Source of the DNA: Chrysomallon squamiferum
Taxonomy: Eukaryota > Animalia > Mollusca
Length of the DNA: 64,000 bases
Direction of reading: 5' to 3'
NCBI GenBank assembly: GCA_012295275.1
Contig: CM022673.1
Coordinates: 29,388,001-29,452,000 of the forward strand
Position numbers and translations under genes: made by a program. Position 1 is the stretch's first letter, and each line of letters starts with the position of its first letter. Of the stretch, positions 45,325 to 58,400 are shown piece after piece. The notes beneath the pieces were generated by a model. It was given only the letters and a program-made list of their open reading frames with translations. It made no database searches and had not been told where the DNA came from.

Positions 45325-48300
45325 TAGATAGATAGATAGATAGACAGATACAGATATAGATATAAAAAGACATTACAAGAAATATTAGCACTGTGTTGGA
45401 AATATATATAAATTGCTCTAATGTTAATGAAAAGAAAACTCAACATTCTCACCCTATACATAATGCTATTATTTTATAATGATACTATTAGTATCTTACA
45501 TATAAATAACATAATTATTTATATATTATGTGATTGGAAATATTAGTGATATAATTATTCCAGTTTTATTAAAAACTATTAATCTTTATTCTCTCATATT
45601 TATGATTATTTTAAAATAATATTATTAGTGCTTCCTAAACACTTTCTTTATATATATATATATATATCAGGTACAGGAAAAATTAATTTATATATGTATA
45701 TGAACAATGGACTGATAAATTGTAATATTTTATCCTTAAACAGGAAAATAAAGTAAGATTATCCATACAGTTATTTTTAAAACTTACCTTTTGTCTTAAC
45801 TATGCTGTCAGTAATAACAGGAAAACAATTGCAACAATGATGATATAAAAAGTAAGTAATTTCCAACTGAATAATTAGATGAATATGTCAGTATGATAGG
45901 AAAGCAAATCACGTTATCACAGGCCTCAAGCTAAACTGACACTGTTTTGCATACAAAACCACAGATAGCATAATCTAAAGAAAGTCACTGAAGTGAAAAA
46001 AGAACAGTAAAAGCTATAAAATTGTTTGAATGTTTTTATATTTAAAACTATATAAAACAACAGGATATTATTCATATTAGTAGTGGGTTAATGTCATGGA
46101 AAATTTTGTGAAAATGACATTTAAAAATTTTATTTTTACTTCTAAGTGAAAGTTCATTTTTGTTTTGTTCTTTGTTGTTGTTTTTTGTAATTTCTTTTAT
46201 TAAGATTTTTTAATATATTTTATACATGTACATATATTTAAAATAAAGACAATTTAAAAAGAAAGAAATGAGAAGTTAAAAAAAAGATCTGATAGTCAGA
46301 TAATGTTACTCATAATATATGTAAATTATTGAGAAAAATTATTTTTATTTTTTTTTATTCTTTTATCTTGCAGAATTTTAGTTCCATTTTATGTATGTTG
46401 TTGTTGGTCTCTTCAGATATAAAGGACTGGATGTGTCTGAATTATGACTACAAAAGCATATTTAATGCAGCTTCTGGCAGGTAATAATGGCCTGTTTATT
46501 ATAGATCATGCCTCATTTGCATTTGGAGAATATACTGTCTTAGATTAATACAGAAGTATTGACAGTTAATGGGTGAAACACTTTCTTGGGGGTCATTTTC
46601 AACAAAATATTCCCAAGATTATGTAGTGGTATTTTTGTATTATTTCTTCTTTTTTTTTCTTTTTTTTAATTATTCAAAGATTAAGAGACTTATTTAAAAA
46701 ATTGTAGATTCCAATATCTATAAAAAAAAAATGTGTAAGTATGTAAAATTGTACAGTTGATAGCAAATGTAAAATCTACAAAAATATAGCCTTTTCCAGA
46801 AGCATTCATACACACTAAAATGAATAATATGTGTATTTATTATTCATTTAAGTGTCCATTATTATTATGTGGGTGTAAAACACTTTTAATATTACTATTA
46901 CATTATATAATTAAATGTGGATTTTACAACATTTTAAAAAACCTACCACAATAGAAAACTAATAAAAAAAAAAAAAATATATATATATATATATATAATA
47001 ATAATCATAAAATGATTGAATAATCTCTCTCTTGAATGACATTAGAACCAATATTTTTGTTAAAAATCAACAAGCAGAAATCTAATTTTAAAAATAACTA
47101 TATAATAATAGTAATAATAAGAAGAAGAAGAACCACAACAGCAATATATAATAAAATTATTAAATTATTCCTCACTGATCGATCTACCTCTACAATCAGA
47201 TCAATTTGTTACAAATTTTTTTTTATTTTTTTTTTTTTAATAACAACAAAGACAAACTAATTTGAAAAAGAAACACTATATTAAAGGTAAGAATAATAAT
47301 AAGAAGAATAACAGCAACAACAACAACAACAGCACTATATAGAAACAATTATAAAATTATTTCTCACCTGGATGACACCTCTGCAGTCAGAACCGGCACA
47401 ATGCAGACTTCCATCTGAAGATCTGTACTCAAACGCATTTGTCGCAGAACCTCGATACCGCAGCACAAAAGTCAGATTAGTTCCGACAGCCACTGAAACT
47501 TCAAGAAACACTGACGAGTTGACAAACACAGAGATGACAGCACTTTCCTGCCAGCTGCTGTAAGGTGCCGGGATGCAAGATGGTAGATTCTTCTTGTCAT
47601 TTAGTAGGATAATCTGCAGATGTTGTGGAGCAGGTAAAATGACGGAGACAGTCAGATGAGTGGACAGACTAGATATAGCATTCTTGCAGGTTACCTCTGA
47701 AATATAAATGCAGTTTTTTTAAAGTTTTTTTTTAATTATTATTTTTTTATTGTGAGTGGATGGGGCTTTGTTTAAGTAATTAAATATGGTAGACTATGAC
47801 TCTCCTTCTTTTACAGCATTCTTCCAGGTTTCTTCTGAAATCTAAACAGTTTTGTAAGATGTTTCTGGGGAGGGGGAGTGAGAAGGAGTTTGCTCTTATA
47901 ATAAAAGATGGCAGTCCGTACACTATGACTGTCTATGACTGTCTTTTTAGGTCTCTTATTATATAAAACTAGTTACTGCTATTAATGTTTGGGTTTAAGG
48001 GCAACGGTTGGGTGTTTCTTGGAGAGTTTTTTTAAGTTTTAGTTTTTAGTTTCAGTTTTTAGTTTGTAAACATTTATTTATTTATGTCATTTTTGTTAAT
48101 TTCTTATATTATTTTCATTTCTTTACTTTATCTTTCCTTCTTTTTTATGTCTTTGATTTTTATTATTTGTTTTTATTTTTTATTATTGTTATTTTATTGT
48201 TATTTTATTTTTTTTATCTAGTTATTGTGTTAAATACTTCTCTTACGACAATTCTTTCTTTAACTTGTAGTTTTCTTCAAACAATTTACAGTCATTAGAT

Positions 48301-51300
48301 CCATTATTATGAAAACTCAATGAAAAAAATAAAAATGTTTCCCCAGTACTATACAAACAGGATCTACAGCATTCTTTTATACCAAAAGGACAAGGTGATG
48401 AAGTGTATTGGAACAGACATGAAAGAAGTCCACTGTAGCCTTTTAGCTCAAACAACTCATCCTCAGATCAGACAAAATCTAAACTGAAATGGAATCTAAA
48501 CCACAGCATCTTTTGGCAGATGTACCAGTGTGAGCAAGAGTGATGAAGTTGGTGAGTTTACATAAAGTATTTAACATCAAAGACTGCAGATTGGATGTCT
48601 TCAGGCAGTGTGTGTCTTTTTAAAGCTGTGCCTTGGATCATTGGAGTCTTTCACTTGAAGAAGTCATCTCTCAACTCAATTCCAAACAATCAGGTCTCTT
48701 AGAAACTCCAACACTTCCTAAGTTCAATTCAATTCCTAAGTAAAATCTGAGGACAATTATTTTCATAGTTAACCACCATGAAAAGCAAAGCTATGGCAAA
48801 TAATTAAATGTTTTAAAACATCTCATGATGAAATGACATGTATCTACATCATATCTGTTTTAAATAACTAATCCTAAATCCTGAATCCATAAATTCTTTT
48901 TATTATTTTTTATTATTTTTATTATTTTTTATATGCCTTACTTATTATTGTATTTAAACTATTTTATTCATTTTTTTTTTTTATTATTTGTCCAGTTGTA
49001 TTCAATTCATTTATTTCATTTAATAATTTTTTACTCTGTTTTATTTATTCTTTACTTGTTATTTTATTTTTATTTATATACTCATTATTTCAATTATGAT
49101 TATAATTATTATTATTACCTCCATCATCATCTTTAATTTCATTATTTCTGTCATCATTATTTTCATTATTTCTATCATGATCATTATTAGTGATTATTTG
49201 AAACAACTATTAAACATTTCTAGAAGTGAGATAAATACATGGAAAAGATACTTACCAATCCAGTAAATGAATATTTAAAAAACATATATAAAACTTCTAG
49301 TCAAATAGGCCTATTACATTTACAAACATCTCAATATATTTGTATCCTAAATTAAACCACAAGATAAAAATTATAAATGTTCTCTTATGTATAATTATGT
49401 GTATCTTCCACTAAAATGCAAGTCTTAGTTTGATTTCAAATCCGTTGGTTACAGTGTTCAACAATAACCTGTCTTGGACAGTGATATATCATCAATGGGG
49501 AAAAAAAGAAAGAAAAAACAGTATGTCAATGTATTATTTATGTATGGGGTTTTGTCATGTAGAGCTACAAAGAAAATAAAAACTCTGCAAAGAAATTATT
49601 TATCATTCCAAGTCATTACCTCACAGAGAGTGAAATTATAAAATCAATTTAATTAAAATAGATCTCTTTTGTGGTAACCAAACACTTTAATAATAAAAGT
49701 CAATACTCTACAGCTTTCTGTTTACAAGACTTTAAATCCAGAACTGTCCAGTACCAATCTGAAACATCCATCAGGAAAACCCAACACAGCCTCTATAAGT
49801 TTACTGCATCAAAATAACATTTCTGTCAATAGATAAAATTTATACCATGATAGCCAGTTTCATATTGCCCAAGTTAAAGGCAGTTAGCCAATAAGTGTCA
49901 ATGAAATATTTGATATAAACTATCTGGTCTTTTCAATGTTGAAGTTAAAAATATCAAAGTATTAAGAAGTTGGGTATCATCATTCAAGACATTTATTTTT
50001 TTTTTTTTTTTTTTATTTTTTTAGTTGTTATTATTAACTGTAAACAGAACAGGTTACTTTATACAAAACTCTGACAATACAATCATGCAACTGCAATATT
50101 TTTCTGAAAATATTTTTAAAAACTTATTTTTTATTTTTTTAGTATATAAAATAAAATTTAAATAATTATATTTTTTACCTTTATTTTATACTAAATTGAT
50201 CTTTTTATGTAAAAATCATTAAATCAAACATAATAAAATGTATTTTGTTTCATGACAAAACTTTTCAAAAAGAATTTAAAAAAAAAATGTATCATTGTTT
50301 ATGTTTATGAAAAAAAATGTGTGCACAATACACAATGATGAATAGATTCCTAAGGTTGTTTTTTTCATGATAAAACTGATATAGAATATGACAGACTCCA
50401 GTTACATGTATATGTGACATAAATTTAAACTTATTTTAAAATTGTTTTTCATACACAGTAAAATACATAAAATCATTTTATGCATATGTGATATGTACTT
50501 TTTTGTATATATATAAATATATATAAAAAAATAAATAATAACAAAATAAAAAAAAAATAAACTAAATAGACAAAAATAAATATTAAAATAATTTATAAAT
50601 AAATAAATAATAAAAGGCAATAAAATAAAATAAATAAATTAAAACACTTCATCAAATACACAATTATTAATACCATAATCTGATATTAAGTGCACCATAC
50701 CAAGGAATCTGCTTTCAGTGCTGTTTATAACAATCAGCTGTCAGTCTGTAATGCGATAGTGGTGTGGGGGAGAGACCGACAGACTTTTTAATCTGATAAC
50801 AATATGACATCAAACAGGAATTAATGTCCATCATTTTGTTCACCTCCATGTCTAAGATCACATGACCAAAGCTTGACAGTGACGATTCTTGTCAATAACG
50901 ATAAAGATTATTGAAGAGCTTTTGAGTACCCCACGAGTGCACCACACAGAGGAAAGTTCAACAGAAGAATCAACAAAAGCTGGTGTTATTGAAAAGACTT
51001 AGTAACCATGCACAACATGCTGTGTGTTGCAAGCTCTGTGACCTTTTCCACTGTCTAAGTTGCATTTCCATTGTGCCCAGTTTAAGCAGAGAGATGAACA
51101 GTGTCATAAAATGAAAAGTTAGATAACCTTTGAGACTCAGAACTCAGATTTCAGTTCCCTTTACGTGTGGCACTGAAGTTAAAAATATACACATTATTCT
51201 TATTAGTTACTCCCTTTATGAGTATCAGTGAAGTTAAAATATACACATTATTCTTATTAGTTATTCCCTTTATGTTATCATTGAAGCTAAAGACATACAC

Positions 51301-54300
51301 GTTTCATATTAGTTATTCCCTTTATGTTATTACTGAAGCTAAAGACATACACATGATTCATATTAGTTATTCCCTTTATAAATATCACTGAAATTAAAAA
51401 TATACACATGATTCATATTAGTTATTCCCTTTATGAGTATCAGTGAAGTTAAAAATATACACGCTATTCTTATTAGTTACTCCCTTTATAGGTATCACAG
51501 AAGCTAAAGTCATATACATGAGTCTTGTGTTATTCCCTTTATATGTATCATGAAAGCTAATCTTTTTTTTTTTTTTAAATTTCTGTTCAGCTATATATTT
51601 CTGTCAAAATAAATCAATGTAAGTCAACTTAGAAACAATTAAAGCCAAGACAACTTAGTAAATATGCACAACAACAGGCAAGCTCCATTACCTTCTCCAT
51701 TCTGAACACTACATTTCCATTATATGGATTTAAGCTGAGAGATGAAAAAAGTTATAAAATGAAAAACATTTCAGACTCAGAACTGATATTTCTGTTTTCC
51801 CTTTGTAACATTAACTGAATCTGCAGAAGAATTAAAACCGTTAAAAAATATATACGTGATTTATTTATGGTGTTTGTCAATAACAAAACAAATTTAAGAA
51901 TTTGGTGAAATATGTATTTAAGTTTAACACAGTCAACAAAAGAAATAATAAATGTCAAAATTAAAAGAAAATTTAAATTATAAAAAAATATATAAATTTA
52001 AGTTAGCCAAAATAAAATTATAAACAAAGGGAAACAGTGTGTTGTAAATATTAAATGATAATACATTGTCCATTTATTTTTAAAAGCAATTCTAAAAATT
52101 CAATACTTACTCCTAGCTTGGCCAAAAATAAACACACATACAAAAAAAAAAAAAAAATTAAAAAAAATAAAATAAAATTCCAAAATGGGAATAAAAAAAG
52201 AAGCCCACAACAATTCAATTAAGAAAGAATTTTCCAAAGTTAATGAATTAATCTATAACTGTATCAGTACCAAAGTCCAAGGTACTTGTGGAAACAAAGT
52301 TATCACATGGAAATACTTGAAGCAAAATGGCCACTCAGAAACTTGAAATACATGAAAAGACAATTAAGTGTCTGAACATTTAACATGAAGGTGGTGTGGT
52401 TCCCACACAATGCTCAGAGAGACAGATAAGGTCTATGGGCTTGTATCTTCAGAAAAGGAAACATTTGGCATGTTTGCAACACCTAGGCACATTGTTTTGC
52501 ATGGGATGCTGTAGTTTGCTAAAACCATTCAACTTAATGGCAATGAGATAAACCCTTCACCCAAGATATCGGGCTATGTTCTAGCATTTCAAGCCATTAA
52601 TGAGAGTGCAGTCCTATTAATCTGAAATGAGACATTCTAGAAATATTCATCAAAGCTAGTTATATTAAGGAAAGAAAAATAAAGTGTTGTTTTCATTGTC
52701 AAAAATAAAAATAAATATTTTGAAGAAGGACTTTTTTAAAAACAAAAAAAAAGAGAAAAAAATCAAGTTATATAAAATTTATTATAATATGAATTAATAT
52801 GTCTCTAAGTAACATTATTGGACAGAATAATCTCCAGACCAACAGGCAGATGAAAGCAAACAATAATCCTTTAGTTTAGGATCAAGCAGAAGAAAGGAAG
52901 ATGTCTGCCTTTTTTTAATATAATGACAAACTTTAATTTACAAGTTATGGCTATATAACATCAAATATATAGCTTACAACCACGCACAGATAATGAGGAA
53001 GAAAACACGTTGTCATCATAGGCTCATTCTTTTATAAAATGCAAGGAATGATAAAAACCATCAAATTGCTTACAACCATGCACAGATAAAGAGGAAAACA
53101 CATTGCCTCATGGGCTATTCTTTTATAAACAGGAGCAAGAAATCTTTTACTTTTTTTCCTGTGACAATAAAGCCAAACAATGATAAACCAGTGCTGGGTA
53201 CCACCGAAATTGGAAAACAGTGCAAGAAGGACTGATCCTATGACCAGTCACATCTTAGCACCTGACACTGTCAACCTACATCACAAGCAGGCAGAAGTGG
53301 AATTACAATTGAAATTAAAAATTTGGTTTTTCATATTTTCCAAATGCTAGCCTAACCAGAGAGAAAATAATTCACTTCTTTTCTTTTTTTTCTTTTTTTG
53401 AAGGCCTCCTGCTGCAGATTAAGGCTCTGTATCAAAAAACTTGAAGAGCTGCTGGTTCAAAATAATCTGCATGCAAATGTCTTATCTCTGAGAGTTTTAT
53501 AAACAAATTTGATAGGCAGAACATCTTGCCTAATTACAAACCAGGCCAGACCACAGTCATTATGTTCAGTGATACAGCAGCGAAACTCAAACAAAATCAC
53601 CCTTGTCAGCAGCTATAAAAACATTAGATCCCTGAGAAATATTTTTAATCATTATTTATTGGTTATTAAAAAATATTCTAGTTAAAAACTTTTTATGATT
53701 ATTTTGATTACATATCTTAATGATGTAACTTGAAAATTCTGTATAACAAAAACAAGAAATATAATCAAAACTTTTAAAATTCTATTTACATACATCAGAA
53801 GCTGCAAATCCCAAAAACTTGATACAGAAGACACAAACTTTCATTTAAATATTATTTTCATACTTATTGTTTAGAAGATATACTCCAAACATCTGATGGA
53901 ACAGAAATAAATTTTACATTATAAAATTGTTATTATTTTCATAGATATTGGTTAAAAGGGGATAGAAATAAATTTTACATTAAAAAATTGTTATTATTTT
54001 CATACAGATTGTTTAGAATATATACGCCAAAAATCTGATGGGTCAGAAATAAATTTTACAATAAAAACTATTATTATTATTTTTATACATACTGGTTTAG
54101 AAGACATACTCCAAACATTGAATGAGATAGAAACAGATTTTATTATAAAAACTATTATTATTATTTTCATGCACACTTTGTACCAAAAGACATGCTCCCA
54201 TAACTTGATGGTGAAGAAATAAAGTTTATATTTAAAAGGTTATAGCTTGGTGGAATGTGCCAGATGTGCTGGGGTCTTGTGGTTCACTTATCTATACAGA

Positions 54301-55428
54301 TAGACTGAGCTTTCTCTCCATCCATCTGATTTTTATGACCCATACTGAAATTAGGTATGTAACCTGTGTCATAAACAAGAATATTTTCTGACGTTCATAC
54401 ATATTTACTTTTTAAAGTTATATGGACTGTTACTTTATTATTGTTGAATTAATAAAATTTGTAAAAATTAACACTTCAGATTGTCATCAGATTATATTTT
54501 ATATATGTGTTGATACATAAAAACACAGAGAAACATGCACAAAAATGCAACACACTTAAACTAACTTAAACACACACACACAAACACACACATTTATAAA
54601 TATATATAAAGATTAATGAACATCAGTAAAGAAATATGTAAAAGGATTTCATTAGTTTTTGTTAAACCTTTGTTATTTAGTGTTTTTGTTAATATCTTTG
54701 ATCTTATCTGACACTGTATAAAGTATTTCTCTGTTCTTTTCTGGCTGGTTCTTTTTCATAGATATGATGATTAAGTGGTATATTTATCTTTTCTTTAACA
54801 TGAAGCGCTGAACATTATCTAGAATTGGATATCTCCAAACAAGCTGTAATTCATGTGTAATTAACATGATTAATTATAATGATACAAATATCTATTCCAC
54901 AACATAATTAATAATATAAAATAAAGAAATAAAAAAATAAACATTAAAAAAAGTTAAATAATCAAAATAAAGAAATAAAATAAAATAATGAAATAAATAA
55001 TGAAATAAAACTAGCTAGGTATATTTAAAACTATACTTACATCTAACCACCCAAACTACACTTCAAAAATAAACATGAAATTTTAAAAACAAACCAACTG
55101 TAACAGATATAATCGCATTTTTCTTAAGCCAGTCATGTATATATAAACTTTGATGACTAAATGTGATACTGTAACATGCTAAAATATCTATTCTAGTTCT
55201 CTAAACAGGATGTCAGAATGGATACACCTCAGGGTGTTGTCAGCACAGTAATATTCTACAGCTATTGAAAATCAAGGATCTGATTCATGGAACAATTAAT
55301 ATTTAAAACAGTTTAGTAATAAAATGAGTCTCTGTACTGAATTAAAACAACAGCAACTTTAACTCAAACTGCTAAGTTCTCCCAGGATCCAAGAATTTTA
55401 AACATGACTAAACTGTGAATGCTTCATA

Positions 55429-55464
<36 letters not shown>

Positions 55465-58400
55465 AAATAAATAAATAAATTAATTAATAGTTAATGTCTT
55501 TGGTGAAATTTGTATGTTTTATTTCAATTAGTTAACTAAACTGGACAGAATATGTATTATCATTAAAAAATGGCTGAGATATTGCAGCCAGTTAATATAA
55601 AAAATGTTATTAGAAATTTATTCATTTGCAAAAATCCTTTACTATTTTTATTTTATTAAAAAATAATTGAAAAAAAATAACTGTAATGCTACTAATAACA
55701 GCACATATACATGTGTATCAATGCACACACATACACAAAATAAAATCATCTGATCACCTCATGTTAAACTATTTACTATAATTTCAAATATTTAAAGTGA
55801 TAAAAAAATGTTTCATTTAAACAGGAATGAATACTGCATGTGTTATCATAACTAATGAAAATATATCACACATTTTTCAGTGTTGATTCAGAGCATCCTG
55901 TATGACAGAGCAACAGAACAGCAATAGTAGGCGTGTTACTATTTTTAGTGCCGTCTGCCCTGATACCACATAATTAAATGATGACAGCTCATTAATTGTC
56001 ATAATTAACCCTCTAAGCCTCTCAGTTATTTTTCTCACACATATTACATGTGCTTACTTTTGTGTTTTCTGTTCCTGGCTTACTGTGAACAAGATTTATT
56101 TATTTTTAGAAAAAGATTATTTTTAAAAACACATACTGAAATAATGATTTATTTTTGACATTACTGTTATTATTATTTTTAATATATTTTAATTCTATTG
56201 ATTTTGTAAGTCAACAAGTTGACACAAATATGCACACAAACCACACACACACACACACACACACATTTGTGTGTATATGTATGTTGAGTTTTTCACTATT
56301 ATTATTTATTTATTTATTTTATATTTATTTTTTATTTTATGGATGAAAAAAAAAAAGAAGAAAAGGAAGAAAACACCATCCAAAAAATGAATGAATGAAT
56401 GAAAAACAAGTACCATGAAATTTATGTTGTCTAGACAGTTCCTGAAAACAGCTATTAAATTACTTTTGCTGTAGCCTATCCTATAGCTTTCAGCATTAAT
56501 TATTTATTTTTCTCCTTCTAATTCTTTCACAGATCCATATATTACTAATACAAACAAAACACCATACTGATTAAGTTAGTACATCTTCGTATTCAGGAAT
56601 TCTACACAAACAAATGAGAGCAAATTCTCTAGAATAGATGAATGGATGTTTAATGATATCTATGAAATACTAATATTAATTTCTTCATGTACAGAGATAG
56701 GCATATTAATCAGTGAAAACCTGAACAATATTCAATTATAGCTCACTGTATTTTCACTGTGATGACAGCCTGGTGTCATATTGGACTAACGAAAACCTGT
56801 ACAGTATTCTGTGTATTTTTAGAAAGAAATGAAAACCTGTACAATATTCTGTGTATTTTTAGAAAGAAATGAAAACCTGTACAATATTCTGTTGTAGCTT
56901 ACAGTGTTTTCATTATAGCAGAGGCAGATGACAGTCAGGCATCATACTAGACTAACAAAACCTGTACAATGTTATATTACTGTTCAATGTATTTTCTCTG
57001 TGATTGAGGTAGATGCCAGCCCCAGGTATCACACTGGTCTAACAGAAACCTGTACAATATTCTATTATATAACTCAATGTATTTTCACTATGGTAGAGGG
57101 AGATTACATCCAGTCACAAAATGAAAACCTGTTCAATATTTTATTATAGCTCAAGGTGTTTTCATTCTGGCAGGGGGAGATGACAGCCAGGCATCAAACT
57201 GGATTAATGAAAACCTTTACAATATTCTATTATTGTTCAATGTATCTTCACTGTGGTTGATGACAGCCAAGTATTATACTGGACTAATAAAAACCTATAC
57301 AATATTCTATTGTATTTTCAGCATGGTAAAGGGAGATGATGCCCAGGCACAAAATGAAAGCCTGTACAATATTCTATTATTGTTCAATGTATTTTCACTT
57401 TAGTAGGGGGAGATGATATCCTGGCACCAAATGAAAACCTGTACAGTATTCTATGACATAGTTTAACATATTTTAGCTGTGACTGAGGCAGATGGTATTT
57501 AGGTATTCTACTGGACCAATGAAAACCTGTACATCAAACTGGTTTTTGTTGTAGGTTTATGAACTTTTACCCCAAAACATGGTCACTATAAGAACAGGAG
57601 ATATCAAACATATGACTGCTATAGCTAACACTCAACATACATATATGGTTAATGGCTGTAGGTGTCAAACATAAATTTTGATACATGCTAAGAAAAATCT
57701 ACTATTTCATCAATTTCTTTTATCAAAGAAAAGCAAAATACTGAATAAATCAAGGATCCAAAACCACAATGATACAAATGTTTATTTCAGATTATCAGAA
57801 ATATTCTGGAGGACTCACTGAAAAACAGCTGATGGTTTTAAATTTGATTTAAAATATCTGCAGAACTTAGAACAACATATTCTCATATATATATAAAAAA
57901 TGTGAACAATTCATTGATATACACACACAACACACATACATAAAATATTCTGAAAACGTATTCAGATATTATGGTAGCAATAAAGATTATAGCAGTTAAT
58001 TAATTTTATGAACTGATCAAATTGGAAACAAGGAAAAAAGAAAAATTATATACATATATATATCAATAACAGTGAGGTTTTTGAAGGGTCACCCTAACTG
58101 AGCCTCTAAGGTGGCTGCAGCAATGTATAATCTGCAAGACATTGTTTGCTATAAAAGGAAAGAGCACATCTGACATTTTATACAGCAATGTTAGCATCTG
58201 TAAAAAATAAAGTTAATGAAACTAAATCACAAAATGGGTGGAACTTCCCACCAGAAGAGTCAACCAAGTGTGTTGATATGCCACACAATGGATAAAAGCA
58301 AATGTTCACCACATGCCAACAACACATCAGCCTGCCAAGACATTTTCTCTTGTTCATTTTTTTAGTTCTTTTTGTTCTTACTGTCCAGACCACAAACTGC

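Noticed and set aside
47867-47887. G-rich run as a G-quadruplex
   Set aside because: It has only two G-tracts of three or more.
51152-51560. CRISPR-like appearance of the periodic array
   Set aside because: The whole ~54-bp unit is repeated with no unique spacers, the context is a eukaryotic intron, and there are no cas genes.
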